Below are positions 44,512 to 57,119 of a stretch of DNA of 64,000 nt, piece after piece. Made by a program: the position numbers and the translations under genes. The number at the start of each line of letters is the position of its first letter. Position 1 is the stretch's first letter. Source of the DNA: Naegleria gruberi. Taxonomy: Eukaryota. The DNA is taken from the NCBI GenBank assembly GCA_000004985.1, contig GG738846.1; one strand, given 5' to 3'. The notes beneath the pieces are model-generated. The model searched no databases, had not been told where the DNA came from, and saw only the letters and a program-made list of their open reading frames with translations.

Positions 44512-46089
44512 TTAATAATCCTTTGGCAATGAATTCATTGGATCTTCAAAATGGCTCTTCTTTTTTCTATATTCCTCCATTTCTTGCTCTGATATTTGAT
44601 AATTCGATTTTGAATATGGTGAACCAGTTTCTAACTTTCGCTTCTTTTCTTGTTGGATTGGATATGAGAATTCTGATTTTCTTATATTCTCATTTTGCTT
44701 ACTATTAATTGTTATTGGCTCCTCTTTGGTCGTTGTGCTAGTTTCCAAAATATTATTATTGGAGTTACAAAAACATTTTCTATCAAATTGACGACAACAT
44801 CTAAATCCCCATCCTTTGTTTGGATCCCAATGTGAACCAAAGACACTCGTGTGTCCATTATAGAATACATCCTCTTCATATTTACTCTTTATAGTAGCTT
44901 GGTGTTTACCTCCAATAATTCTACCACTTGTAGAGTATTCAGCATAATTTTCAGTTTGAGCAGTTACGTATTCTTGAGGCTTGTTTAAGAATTTTTCTCC
45001 TCCATATCTTTCTACTATTGCTTTTTTCCTAGTTTCTTCCAATTCTCTCTTCTTTTGTTTGAAATGTGAGTGGGCCATAAAGGCTTGTGAAGGCACTGAC
45101 GCAATATTAATATCCTCTCCTCTATTGACAGCATCCCACATAAACTTTTGGGCTTGAATAAACTCATTATACTCTCCAGTTTTCTTAGTGGCATTGTCGC
45201 CAGTATATGGAGCTTCTGAAGGATCAACAAAAGGTAAAGGGTTACCTCTCATAGAACGAGTTTTAGAATCATAGTGAGCACTATCTAATTCGAGATTGTA
45301 TAAATACTTTGGAATATCCTCTCTGGTACGAATTGATTGTGACACACTGGTAGTTTTCACTTCTTTTTTTCCACTTCTTCCAGATTTATCCAAATCTTCA
45401 TCTCCAGAATCTGATGATGAAAAATATTCATCATCACTAGAATCACTATTATTATTTTGTTTGTTTTCATTATCCTTTTCTTGATTACGTTGTTCTTTTT
45501 TCCTTTGTTTTTCTATCATTTTTTCATGAAGTTGACGATCCTTATTCTTCTTTCTTTCTTTTTCCAATTCTTGATGTACTTCCACAACCTCCTTTGCGTA
45601 TAGACTCGAGTCATACCCATTCCAATTATCTCTTTTGGCTTCAAAGCCCTTGACTTGAATATTGTGAATTAAATCATCGGGAGCAATGTCACTATTAGTA
45701 AGAGCAGCACCTTTTCTTCTAGGTCTTTCAGTGCACTCTTTTTCTTTATGGGTCATAGATCCACAATTCTTACAAGCACCTTTTCTGTATTTGGTGGCAG
45801 CTTGAATTTTTATTCCGCGATTGTACCAATTTCCAAACTCATCTTTTTCTTTTTCGGAATACCTCTGATGGTCTAAACTAGGAGCACCACGATCCAAGTA
45901 CCAAGGAGCTTGTTTAATGTATTGTGGAATGTGAGGATTGATGTCTCTTCCTTGTTCATCTTTTTCCGGCATTACGAGACCATTTTTACGAGCCTCTTCT
46001 ATTAATTGTTGTTTTTTATATTCATCTCTACTCAGACGTTGTGATGAAGCACTGGCAGATGGATTGCTCTTATTATTTGATGATGACAT
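44512..46089 (-). CDS. SLU7: Pre-mRNA splicing factor SLU7, intronless.
   Basis: It has the NPHIPQYIKQAPWYL motif and the CCHC zinc knuckle KGACKNCGSMTHKEKECTERPRRKGA, followed by NSDIAPDD and a KR/E-rich region. This is the characteristic SLU7 architecture. Confidence 0.85.
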   Translation of the reverse strand: MSSSNNKSNPSASASSQRLSRDEYKKQQLIEEARKNGLVMPEKDEQGRDINPHIPQYIKQAPWYLDRGAPSLDHQRYSEKEKDEFGNWYNRGIKIQAATKYRKGACKNCGSMTHKEKECTERPRRKGAALTNSDIAPDDLIHNIQVKGFEAKRDNWNGYDSSLYAKEVVEVHQELEKERKKNKDRQLHEKMIEKQRKKEQRNQEKDNENKQNNNSDSSDDEYFSSSDSGDEDLDKSGRSGKKEVKTTSVSQSIRTREDIPKYLYNLELDSAHYDSKTRSMRGNPLPFVDPSEAPYTGDNATKKTGEYNEFIQAQKFMWDAVNRGEDINIASVPSQAFMAHSHFKQKKRELEETRKKAIVERYGGEKFLNKPQEYVTAQTENYAEYSTSGRIIGGKHQATIKSKYEEDVFYNGHTSVFGSHWDPNKGWGFRCCRQFDRKCFCNSNNNILETSTTTKEEPITINSKQNENIRKSEFSYPIQQEKKRKLETGSPYSKSNYQISEQEMEEYRKKKSHFEDPMNSLPKDY

Positions 46090-46162
46090 TTTTTTGATAA
46101 AAAAATTTTAAAATAGAAATTTGGTTGAAGGGTAATCCCGCTAATTTCTATCTACAAAAAAA

Positions 46163-48040
46163 ATGCTCAACCAAAGACTTCCTCCAACGAGAGGAGGGCA
46201 CAGAAGTAGAGCCTCTTCGGCTGCCAATCAAGAAAATGAATTACGACCTCCAAGTGTTGATCCTAGAGCACAAACTCCGGAAATACCTAACGATGATTTG
46301 GTAGCATCAAGACATGCTAGTGCATCCTCCTCTCTTGTACAAGCCTACAACAGGGCCAATCTTTCTAATTTAATACCTGGAGAAGCCAAACCAGCAAAAA
46401 CTCTTGGTTTATTAAAATCTCTTACTGCAGAACAAAAACCACAACGAGACTATATCAAGTATCCTTTTATGCTTTATGAAGATACAGATAGGTATTACTA
46501 TTCGGACAATGTTCAAGCTTTTTGGAATGAAACAAGATCAAATCTGGAGGAAAATCAAGAATCATTCAAGGATTTATCTTCTGGCGCTACTGATTTCGAG
46601 GATGGAGATGAACAATTGCGAGAGGAACTATTTTCTATTCATACCCAAACCAAAGCTAAAACACTCTGGGCAATTAGTAGTGGTATGTCTTCATTGGAAA
46701 AAACCTCTTCTCCCTTTACAAGGGAAGAGAAGGTTGTAAACTTGGATATGAGGGCAATTGTATCCTCTAGACCTGCTTCGTCTGGTTCAACAACAAGGTC
46801 AGCAAGAACTAGTCAATATATGGCAGGTCCATTTTCTGATTTAATTGATTCGGTTGATAATTCTGGAACTAAATTTAAACAAATTGATGACACAAAGGAT
46901 CACACAAAAAGAAGTTATATTATTAATGCAAGTGGAAGATCAATCTCTTCGATTTATCATCCAAATACTAAACGACCAAGCAGAATATCTAATTTTGTTG
47001 AGAATATGAGTATAACTAATGAGTCTTTATTTACTTTTATTTCAACAGAAAATGTGATAACGTTAGACCTTGAAAGATGCGTTGAAATAGATAATAAGGT
47101 GCTAAAAAGTATTGGAGAGTACTGTCCTAGGTTAAACTCTTTGAATTTACAACATTGTTCACAACTTCGTGACAGTACCATTAGAATCATTGTTAATGGA
47201 TGTTCTGATATTCAAAATCTAAATATTGGCATGTGTCATCTCGTTACAGATGAAAGTCTTGTTGAAATTTTCACACATTGCAGAAAACTAAGAGTGTTGT
47301 CTGTTCATTCATGTGAAATGATAACCGGAGAATTATCGTTCCGCATGACAAAGAATACGCCATTTTTGGAAGTATTGGATATTAGTTTTTGCACAAAATT
47401 TTCAGATATTGCACTTCAATTCTTGTCTGAGTACTGTACTAGATTGAAACATTTGGATGTAAGTGGTTGTCCTCTAATTCAAGATGAGGGACTGTTATCA
47501 ATCTGCAAGCATTGTCCTCAAATTGTAACAATGAGAACTACTATTTTATCCCAACCTACCATCACAAGTGATTCTCTTTCTTTCCTAACTAACTATGCCA
47601 GAAATTTAGAAGTTCTTGAACTTAGTGGAATATTTCAAATTAAGGATGAGTCTGTTGTGGAAATTTGTAAATATGGTCAACGCCTAGAATTTCTTTCTCT
47701 TAGTGGATGTCCAAATATTACAGACGATTCAATTAACGCAATTTCAGATCATTGCCAAAATTTACGTTGCTTAGAAGTTGCTGGGTGTAGGAAAATTAGT
47801 GTACAGGCTCTATTGGAACTCATTCACAAAGTAACCAAGTTAAGAAGATTGGTTGTTACTAGATGTAATATTTCAATTGAGGAATTAGACATTCTTAGAA
47901 AATTCACAAACGGAAGAGTTAATGTTGTCAAGCAAGAACCAATACCAAAAGAAAAAATTAAGGAGTACTTTACTGTTATTAAGGAAAAAGCAGTGAAAAA
48001 GAAAATATCTAAAAAGAAAGGAGAAAAGAAGAAGAAATAA
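46163..48040 (+). CDS. F-box/LRR-repeat protein (FBXL/AMN1-type cysteine-containing LRRs), intronless.
   Basis: The C-terminal 350 aa consist of CC-LRRs (...CPRLNSLNLQHCSQLRDSTIRIIVNGCSDIQNLNIGMCHLVTDESL...). This is preceded by a region compatible with an F-box (..LFTFISTENVITLDLERCV) and an S/T-rich N-terminus. Confidence 0.6.
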   Translation: MLNQRLPPTRGGHRSRASSAANQENELRPPSVDPRAQTPEIPNDDLVASRHASASSSLVQAYNRANLSNLIPGEAKPAKTLGLLKSLTAEQKPQRDYIKYPFMLYEDTDRYYYSDNVQAFWNETRSNLEENQESFKDLSSGATDFEDGDEQLREELFSIHTQTKAKTLWAISSGMSSLEKTSSPFTREEKVVNLDMRAIVSSRPASSGSTTRSARTSQYMAGPFSDLIDSVDNSGTKFKQIDDTKDHTKRSYIINASGRSISSIYHPNTKRPSRISNFVENMSITNESLFTFISTENVITLDLERCVEIDNKVLKSIGEYCPRLNSLNLQHCSQLRDSTIRIIVNGCSDIQNLNIGMCHLVTDESLVEIFTHCRKLRVLSVHSCEMITGELSFRMTKNTPFLEVLDISFCTKFSDIALQFLSEYCTRLKHLDVSGCPLIQDEGLLSICKHCPQIVTMRTTILSQPTITSDSLSFLTNYARNLEVLELSGIFQIKDESVVEICKYGQRLEFLSLSGCPNITDDSINAISDHCQNLRCLEVAGCRKISVQALLELIHKVTKLRRLVVTRCNISIEELDILRKFTNGRVNVVKQEPIPKEKIKEYFTVIKEKAVKKKISKKKGEKKKK

Positions 48041-48137
48041 ATACTTTTTAAAAGTCAACTGCCTTACGTGAAAGTTTATTTTTGACCATTGTTGTATTGT
48101 AGTTGTTCCCGCCAATGTTTTGCACAAAATAAAAAAA

Positions 48138-51100
48138 ATGCTAAACAATGGTATGTTGATTAATGTTTGCCATTGTATTCATGACTTTATAGCCTGGCAA
48201 CAGCCGTACGTAAACCTAGTAAAATTATGCTCCGAGAAGGGGAAACAACATTCTTGTGAAGGAGGAGTTACGCAAGAGATGGATCGAGACATCGGAAGAA
48301 CAGTATTCAGAATTAAAGGTTCTGTGCCATCAAATAACTATATTTCCTTTCCATCATCTATTCCTAAAAATAAGGGTGATGTGCTTGGTTTAATTGGTCA
48401 ATTTTGTTACGTAGAGTTGAGAGCTAATAGGGATGTATTTGTATTTCATGTTGAGATTATGACTAAGGATGAATTAACCTTTAGATTTTCTTTCGGAAAC
48501 ATTTCCAAACAATTCAAAGTAAGTTATCAAAGAGATCTCTTGTTTTAATTTCAATTAGAAAACTCATAATTCAATTTTCATACCCGTTGATTATCTGTCC
48601 GAGAGTTGGACTGTGCTTGCCATAGATTTTAAAGCTCTTGTTCAGACACACCTAGATAAAGTATTCAAATGTATTAGAGGCATAATTACTTGTTCAAACC
48701 TGTCATTGAAGAATGTATACACAAGTGACAATATCTATTCTACGGACACACTTACTAAAGACATGTTTCTTCCAGTTCCAAAAGGAAGTAGTTGGACTGA
48801 TCTTTATGAATGGCATTGGATTCCATCAGAACCAACAAATATCAAATTAGCATGTATTATTGACCCTCAAACTCTTAAAAAGCCTTCAACTAGTTTTAAT
48901 ACAAGTAGGACTTCATCAATTGGATCCGCCAACTCTAGACGATCAAAAATTACTGGTGTTTCTAATAAGAGTATGCTGACACCTTCTCCAATTTTGGATA
49001 TCAAACGTTTTATTGGATACAATTGTTACTATAATTCCAACTTGTGTTGGACTTTGGATTCAAATTACTGTATTTTCCCAAGTGGCTCATCAATTATCAA
49101 AATGGAAGTAGCTACAGGTAAGTAATTCTTTGATGGTGATGCTGAAAAATAATAGGAACCCAAACTGCTTTTCAAGGTCATACCCAATCCATCACCTCTA
49201 TTTGTACAGATTACAAATGTAGTATTATAGCAAGTATTCAGAATAATATTCCTCTGATTAGGTTATGGGATATCGAATCTGGGAGATGTTTATCTGTTTT
49301 AAAAGGTCAAGAGACTGAAATTAGTTGTGTTTGCATATCTGATAGTGGGAATGTAATGGTAACAATTGGAAAAGATAAATCTCTAAAGACTCAGTTTATT
49401 ATTTGGGATATTTCAAATATTAGAGATTCTGGTGAAGATGTTCCTATTATTTCTAAATATGTATGCGATTATTCAGTTCAAAAGGTCAAATTTGCTCCCA
49501 ATGAAGAAACTAAATTTGTTACTTGTGGAATGGAAAATATTAGATTGTGGAGATTGAAAGGTGGAATAGTTAGAGGTTGTTCACTCTCTCTGGAAAACTA
49601 TAGTCTAACAAAACAAAACTTTCTTGATATTGCTTTCGAAAAGGCATTTCTTTCTCCTCATGTAAGTATTTCAGGTTGATGAAACTTAAATGTTATTCTT
49701 AGTTAGGAGACAAAGACCACAGATTCTACTTAGGAACCGAATCAGGTGCTATTTATCAAGTAAATTATAATAAGAGAATAATAGAGTGTGTATTCCAACT
49801 TCATAACAGTGCAATCAATACTCTCTACATTAATGAAGGAATTTGTATTACAGGATCTGCTGATAAGTTTGTTAGAGTTTGGCCCCTAGATTTCTCTGAT
49901 TTTTTCATAGAGGCTGAATTGGAAAACTCTGTCACCAGTGTTGTGACATCTAAGGATGGATTCAAAGCTCTTATAGGAGACTCAAATGGATCTATTGGAA
50001 TTTTGGAAATAAGTACTCAGATCTACAGATCAGTACTACGATCTCACACAAAAACTGTTTTGGACGTAGTTAGTGATCCTAGTAGAATGGAGTTTGCTTC
50101 TGTGTCTCTTGATAGAACAATCAGAATTTGGGATCTTACAACTTTAAATCAAAAATATCAATTCGATATTGACGGAGAGAGCCCAATTTGTGTGGACTAC
50201 CACAAGACAGAGTACATGATAGCATGTGGATTCGAGTCTGGTATTGTAAGAATCTTTGAAGTCAACACAACCCAAGTTCTCGAAGAGTACAAGGCACACT
50301 TGTCTGATGTATTGGCCATAGCATACACATTTGATTCCAAGTGGCTAATCACCTCTTCCAAAGAATCTATTTGTATCTCAGATACCAAACACATGTACCA
50401 ACCCGTCAAGGTTATTCCCTACACATGTGAATGCAAAAGGGTGTGTTTATCATTGAGCAGAGATGGAAGATTCTTTGCATTTATTGGACCAAATAGAAAT
50501 ATTATACATGTGTACAGCTGTAAAGACTTTGAAGAAGTTTATATTTTCGAAACTCCAACCGACTTGTTCGAAGGAATAGTCTTTTCCTCTGATTCTAAGG
50601 AAATAATTGCATCCACTTCAGACAACAAGCTAATGGCCATTTGTTTGGAAAAAGGAGAAATTATTTCAGAAACTGTAAGTAGGTCGATTAGTTTGAAATT
50701 TACATCTTTATCAAAGGAATATTCAAGTAAAAACTATGCTGTAACACTAGACACAAGTCAAAATGGAAAATATTTAGTTACTGGAGGTGACGATAAATTA
50801 ATAAGGGTCTGGAACTCGAAAGACTTGGCCAACTTTAGCTGTCAAAAATTTGTTGGTCATTCTGGAGAAATTAAGAAGGTTCTTTTCAGTTCAGATTATG
50901 GTCATGTCATTAGTTGCGGAGATAATGGTATAATTGTTTGGAACTTCTTAGGAGACAAATCAAGAGATATTAATCTAATGATCGAAACACACTTGGAAAG
51001 AAAGATGATGGAAAAGAAAAAAAAGGAAGATTTTGAAGTTGATGATTTACCAAATAGATATAATGATCTTTTCTCTAAAGCTTTAGAGGAAAAGATGAGA

Positions 51101-53284
51101 CATGATATTGAGACACTTAAAGATGATCCTGCTGTTAAGGAAGATCCAAAAGAGGATCCTAAAACAACCACTTTACCGTCAAATGAACATAATAAGAATA
51201 TCATTACACCATTCAGACAATATAAGCTAAATAGACCTATCTCAAGAGTAACTGTGCGCGACAGAAATATGCCCACTGAAAACCCCTGCCTTAAATTAGG
51301 AAGAATTACTGGATATAATGGAAATGCCAGAGAGAACTTGATTTGGGATGAACCAAACAAACGTTTGATTTACACATCTGGAAATGTTATTATTATTGAA
51401 GATATCTTGACCAGACACCAACAATATCTTTTCGGTCATGAACATGAAATTAATGCACTAGCAATCCACCCAAACGGAAAAATATTGGCATCGTGTGGTG
51501 GGGTAAAAGGAATTACAATGGATTCACCAATTTTGTTTTGGAGTCTGGAAACAAACTCTGCTTTCAAGAAATTAGATTACCACAGATGGGGTGTTTTGGC
51601 AATGGACTTTTCTTATGACGGAAAGTATTTTGTTAGTGTTGGCGTCAATGAATATGATGAGAAAAACGTACTGGCTGTATGGTCTGTAGAAACTGGAAAA
51701 ATGATTGTTAATGCTATGGTTTCAGAGATAATCCATGCTGTAAAATGGTTTCCAACCTCTCCTTCATCAGAGTTTATTACCACAGGCAAAAATTCCATCA
51801 TTTTTTGGTATTTGAATCCAGAAGGGCAATTGCTAATGTCTCCAGCTAAGGTTGATGAAACATATGTGATAAGTGGAAATAGAGATGGAGAAACTATTAC
51901 TCACTATTCTTGCATTGGATTTAGTGAAGACTATAGAAGTGCTTGGGTTGGCTCAACACAAGGCTCAATTTATTGTTTTAATATTGAGACAAATGAACTC
52001 GAGTTCAAGTGGGTGGATGCTCACGATTCTGAGGTAGATTATGTTTATTGGAGGAAAAACACTGTTATCACAGCAGGAACAGACTGCCAAATCAAGAGGT
52101 GGAAGGTTAGCAAAAAAGACAAAATCTATACCATGATACTCAGGGAGCAAATGGAAGTTGATACACCAATTACTTCTGCTTATTTTGATAATGACAAGTG
52201 TAATCAAGGAGTAGTTGGAACGGCATCTGGAACTATTTGGTATATTAATTGGGAGCAGCAACAGTGCATTAGATTGATCAGTTGCCATTCAAATTTTGTT
52301 ACAGGAATTGTAAAGGTTAATGACTATCTTACTTCATGCTCTCATGATGGTTCTCTACGTATTTGGTCCAGAGTTGATGAAAATCAAGTAGTATCCTATA
52401 ACCAAATTCTTGAACTAAAGAGAGGAGAGACTAATCCCACCCCTGCACTCTGTATGTGTAACAGTACAACTAGTAACCTTGTAGCAGTAGGATTTTTGGA
52501 TGGATCGATCTATATTAATTATCTTAATGATCTCGAAAATGTTTTAAAGAACAAGATAAGACCTCATGAAGAAGCAATAACATGTATAGCTCTAACACCA
52601 AGCAACAGAATCATCACAGGAAGTGCAGGTGGTTTAATTACTATTGTTGATAATTTAGTTAATATTTCAGAAGATACCTCACTGGCACCTACAGAATTTT
52701 TGGAAAATAGATTTGTATTTATCAAGGAGTTTTTAGGTCACAGATTATGTTCTCTTGATTATGATGCTAAATCAAGACGATTTGTAAATACAACTGCCAC
52801 AGGCCTCGTGTCTGTTTGGAATGAGAATGACTTGTCTCAAGTTGCCAAGTTTGCCCCACATATTTATACCAGAAAGGTTGCAGAAAAGGAAAAGTATGAA
52901 GTGGATATCATTGCCAAATTCTCTCCTTTTGATTCAGATTTATTATTGATTACTGCTCCTTCTAAAGGTACCCCCAAGATTGAGTTTTACAATTATAAGA
53001 GGGAATATTGTGTTAAAGTTGTCGACTTGAATAGATTTGTCAGTTGTTTTGCTGTGTCTGTAAAACACAAATTAATTGCATTTGGTTCTAGAGAAAGAAT
53101 GGTAGCTATAATGGACTATGATAGTGGTGAGTTTGAAGAATATGAAGCTCATGGAGATTGTGTTAAATCTATCATGTTCGATGATACTACCGATCAAGTC
53201 TTATCCTCTGGGTTTTCTGATTTGGTTGTGTGGAAAGTCGGCTCATCAAGACCATCAGGTAAAAATATCAACACAACAAACTAA
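48138..53284 (+). CDS. WDR90: WDR90/POC16-like centriolar and ciliary WD-repeat protein with an N-terminal DUF667 (CFAP20-like) domain. Five exons: 48138..48150, 48193..48518, 48559..49117, 49156..49661 and 49703..53284. Introns are 42, 40, 38 and 41 nt.
   Basis: The spliced N-terminus MLNNAWQQPYVNLVKL...VFRIKGSVPSNNYISFP...RFSFGNISKQFK|KTHNSIFIPV...FLPVPKGSSWTDLYEWHWIPSE parallels human WDR90 (MARAWQHPFLNVF...VYRIRGSVSAANYIQLP...RVSFSNLFKEFK...WLQFPL...FPVPKGESWHDRYIHVRFPSE). Many WD repeats follow. Three of the four introns are not multiples of 3 and restore frame. The product is 1661 aa. Confidence 0.75.
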
Positions 53285-53289
53285 AAAAT

Positions 53290-54973
53290 TTATTCATTCT
53301 TCTGCTTTTTGAGATAATTAATTTCTTTTGAATTGGCATGGAAGGAGTTTCGTTTTCTTTTAGAAAAGCTTTGCTCTTCAGATGTTGGAGTGGTTGCATC
53401 ACTATTCGATGCAGTATCACTCTCTTCATTTGGTGGATTGGGCACCAAACGATCAAATAAAGACCATTCAAATAAATCAGATGCCCTTTTACAGAACTCT
53501 ACACCTCTAACACTGTTTCCTCTTGGATCTAGACGAGGAGAAAACAAGCACATTCCCATAACAGAAGGAATAACAATGCATATTGCCCCTGCAACACCAG
53601 ACTTGGCTGGCAACCCAACTGTGCAGGACCAATTACCAGAAAAATCATACATTCCACAAGACAGCTAAATTTGAAATGTTAATACAAAAACATTTGAAAC
53701 ATACCATTAACTGAAGTGCACATTTTACCGTGTCATTTGATACAATTCTATTATTTGTTAGAGGGCAAGTTCCACCGTTTGCCAATGTTGCAGACATTGT
53801 AGCTAAACTGTTAGAATTGACAAGAATGGAACAAATTTGAAAATATAAATCTAGTGTGTCTTCCAATCTAGATTCTTCTGGAAATACATTATTTTCCTGC
53901 ATATAATAAGCAAGAGCAAAATTACGATCTCCTGTTGATTTCTCACTTAGAAAGGTAGCATTATCAAAACCAATTTTACTGCCACCAGCAAATTTGGAAA
54001 ATTTACTGGAAACATATGTAAATCTCTTTGATGGTGACAAGTCTGGTTTTACGAGTGAACATACAGTAATAGCTCCTGCATTAATCATTGGATTGTGTGG
54101 CTTATTTTCATCATCAAGTGTGAAAGCATTGAAACTTCCACCACTTGGTTCAAATCCAACATATTGATGAACATTGTCTGCTCCAATATCTTCACAAACA
54201 ATACAGTAGGTGAAAACTTTTGAGCAAGACTGAATAGTAAAATCAACATCACTATCCCCCAATGAAAAACGTTGACCATCTACTGTACAAATAGCCAATC
54301 CATATAATTCTGGATCCACTTCAGCTAATTGAGGGATATATGTAGCCACATTACCACCTTTGATTTCCTTTGTTTGTTCGAATATTTCTTTAATTTTAGA
54401 ACAAAAGTTAGACCAATCTGGAATTGCCAATCTTCCAGTTAATGCCCTACTGATAATATTTGTATTTTCTCCGACAATATTATAAAAAGCATCAAAATCA
54501 ATTACAACCTTCTTGTACTCATCAGAGTTTTCATCATAATTTCCATTATTAATACCAAGTATAATTTCTTTTATCAAATTTTTCAACTCTGGGTTATTCT
54601 TGGAATCCAATCCTTCTTTTTTGAGAGCCATTTCCAAATCTCCAACAGTAATAAAACCTTGTTTTTTAACATCCAAATCCGAATATAATTTTGAAATTAA
54701 TTTACGTTCTTGTTCAAATTTTGTTTGAATTAAAACATCTGGTGATCTACCAAGACCGTTTAAAGAACCAATCGTTGGTGATGGAACTTCCGAAGATGTT
54801 GATGCATTGAATACAGCATCATAAATTGTTTGTTCGGCCATGGCAGAGTCGTTATCAATTGTTGTTACTGGTGTATTATTGTTTTGAAGGGGATGTGATC
54901 GTGGATGATGAACAAGATGTAATGGAGTATCTGTTTCCTCTGGATAAACAAAAGGGTTTTTACTGTCTTTCAT
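53290..54973 (-). CDS. GLS: Glutaminase (kidney-type GLS family) with an N-terminal EF-hand-like region. Exons 53705..54973 and 53290..53664, with a 40-nt intron 53665..53704 (GTATGT...AATTTAG).
   Basis: The glutaminase core NVHQYVGFEPSGGSFNAFTLDDENKPHNPMINAGAI is present. The intron joins ...KCALQLM to [58 protein letters not shown], which compares with human [58 protein letters not shown]. Confidence 0.8.
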
Positions 54974-55028
54974 TTTTTTTGTTGTGTTATGATTTTTATC
55001 AGAGCTATTCTTTAATAAAAATACAATA

Positions 55029-56661
55029 TTATTTTCTCTTCAGATTAAAATAGGAAAAAATTGGGTTACCAAGAACTGGTTCTTTTGGAATGGTAACTGT
55101 TTGATTTTGAGGTTGATAACCATCCTTTGATACTTGAATAGTAAAGGTTCCAGGAGGTAACAATCTCCAGAAAAATCCATTAGAATTAGAATTAATAATC
55201 TTTGCATTATTAATTACAGTTACATTAGCTCCAATAACTGCATTTCCAATATCATCTGAAACAATACCAACTGCAGAATACTTCAATTGATCCATATAAG
55301 CAATTAGAGCGTCCTTATTTTGATCCCAATATCCATCTAAGTGATCTTCAGGAGCAATATACTCCTCAGTCAACTCTAAAGTAAGTTCATAACAATTAGC
55401 TCCAAAGTAATTATAATCGGCCATGGAATGTCTGAATAAAATTCGAATTAATCTAAAAATGAAAAAGAAAAGCTTACCTAACAACCCACCATTGGGCACC
55501 ATTGGTAATACCTCCTGGGAATCTCTTACTCAAGTGCATAACAGTGTTAGTGTCTGCATAAACTGATGCAACTTGTTTGAAGAAGGTATCATCAGGTGTG
55601 GCAGAATAATTACAATCCTTTGACAAGGCAGTATCGAAAGGATAGTTAGCAACAACTACACCTCCATGTAGATTGGCTGACAAAATAAATGATTCCTTTG
55701 AAATCCAGTTCAAAACTGCAATAGTTTCTGGTTGGAATGGATCATCAGGCTTACCAAAATAAAAGTCTGGGAAGTTTCTATTCAAATCAACACCGTTTGC
55801 ATTTCTTCTTTGTTTAAGCTCATAACCATCAGGGTTCATAGATGGCATAATATAAACATCCATATAATCAAGAATGGAAGTTACTCTTACATCACCAGCA
55901 TTATACAAGTTCAAGAGATATTCAATAAAATAGAGAATTACTTCTCTTCCAACAGTTTCGTTACCGTGCATGTTTGCAATATATTTGAACTTTGGTTTTT
56001 CATATCTCAAGTTTGTATTTGGTCTACCAATAACTTTTGTACCAAAAAGTTTCATAACCCATAATTCTCTTTGTTGGACTGATTGACCAACAGAGAAGAG
56101 TACAGATAAATGAGGATTGGCAGCGTTGAGAGCCTTCAATTTAGCTGTCATTTGCACATAGTCATGATTTGAAAGCAAATTCTTTGCTGCTCTTTTGTCA
56201 AGGGAGGATTTTCTTGTTGTGGTATTGAATAATCTTTTAACAATGATTGGAGTCTTGCTCTTACTTTCTGCATTAATTTCATCAATTTGATGTTCCAATC
56301 TGTGTACTTGATTTTCATTCTTCATTTCAACAATGAACATTCTTTCTTTTTGTAATTGTTGAGCGAGAGATGAAAGAAAGTCATTTCCATTCCCAATTAA
56401 CATCTTGTCGAGTGGTTTTCTAATTCTAATAGAGGCCTTATCAAACATTTTTGCGTGTCTTCCTTCAACAAAAACTTTTTCTAATTCTTGTCTATTTAAT
56501 CCCATTACTAGTACAGAAAATTCAGACAACATTCCTGCACTGCTAGTGCCCGTATGTAATGTTATCTTTGTAGAGGATGAGTGAATTAAAATCATCACGG
56601 TCATCATCATTATTATGCCCTTCATCAGATGCACTGATGAAAATCGTTGTTGTTGTTTCAT
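55029..56661 (-). CDS. M14 zinc carboxypeptidase of the N/E (regulatory) subfamily, with a C-terminal transthyretin-like domain. It has a signal peptide and a pro-region. Exons 55478..56661 and 55029..55431, with an intron 55432..55477 (46 nt). An alternative 25-nt intron uses a nested acceptor.
   Basis: It has the HGNETVGREV zinc-binding motif, ...DVYIMPSMNPDGYE..., and GGITNGAQWW joined to HSMADYNYFGANCYELTLEL (human CPE has [33 protein letters not shown]). Next comes a transthyretin-like domain (GANVTVINNAKIINSNSNGFFWRLLPPGTFTIQVSKDGYQP). Confidence 0.75.
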
Positions 56662-57119
56662 TGGTTCTGTGAAAGAAACGAGAATCTCTCTTTGTTATCC
56701 CGAGTTGTTTATGACGGAGCGGTTTGTTGTTCTTTTTTCTGAGCAATTTGTTTGAAAATTACAATCTAAGCTCTGCTCAGAGCTAGGACTCCACAACAAT
56801 TCGGAAGCAATTACCAAATTATTATTGCTAATGAAATAATTGGAAGCGTGTTTACAAAATTTGGCTCCTTCAGGAGTTAACAACTCCCTTAAAAATCTTG
56901 AACGTTTGTCTCAGTTAATAAAAGAAACAATAAGTTTCCAATGACATTCAATTTTTAATCTTCGTCTGAAAATTATCAAATCCAATAATTGACCAATAGG
57001 ATACCTACATATTAACCAAACAAGTATTGATATTTTGCTTTTTGTTTGCCTTTAAGTTTTTAACAACAGGTTAAATGAATTATTTATTCTATTTAAATTT
57101 TAAATAATTCTATTTAAAA

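Noticed and set aside
49662-49702. Initially counted as a 31-nt intron in WDR90.
   Set aside because: Re-indexing against the ORF-track stop (49677-49679) showed that the intron is 41 nt (49662..49702). The 31-nt figure came from my own miscount of the line blocks.
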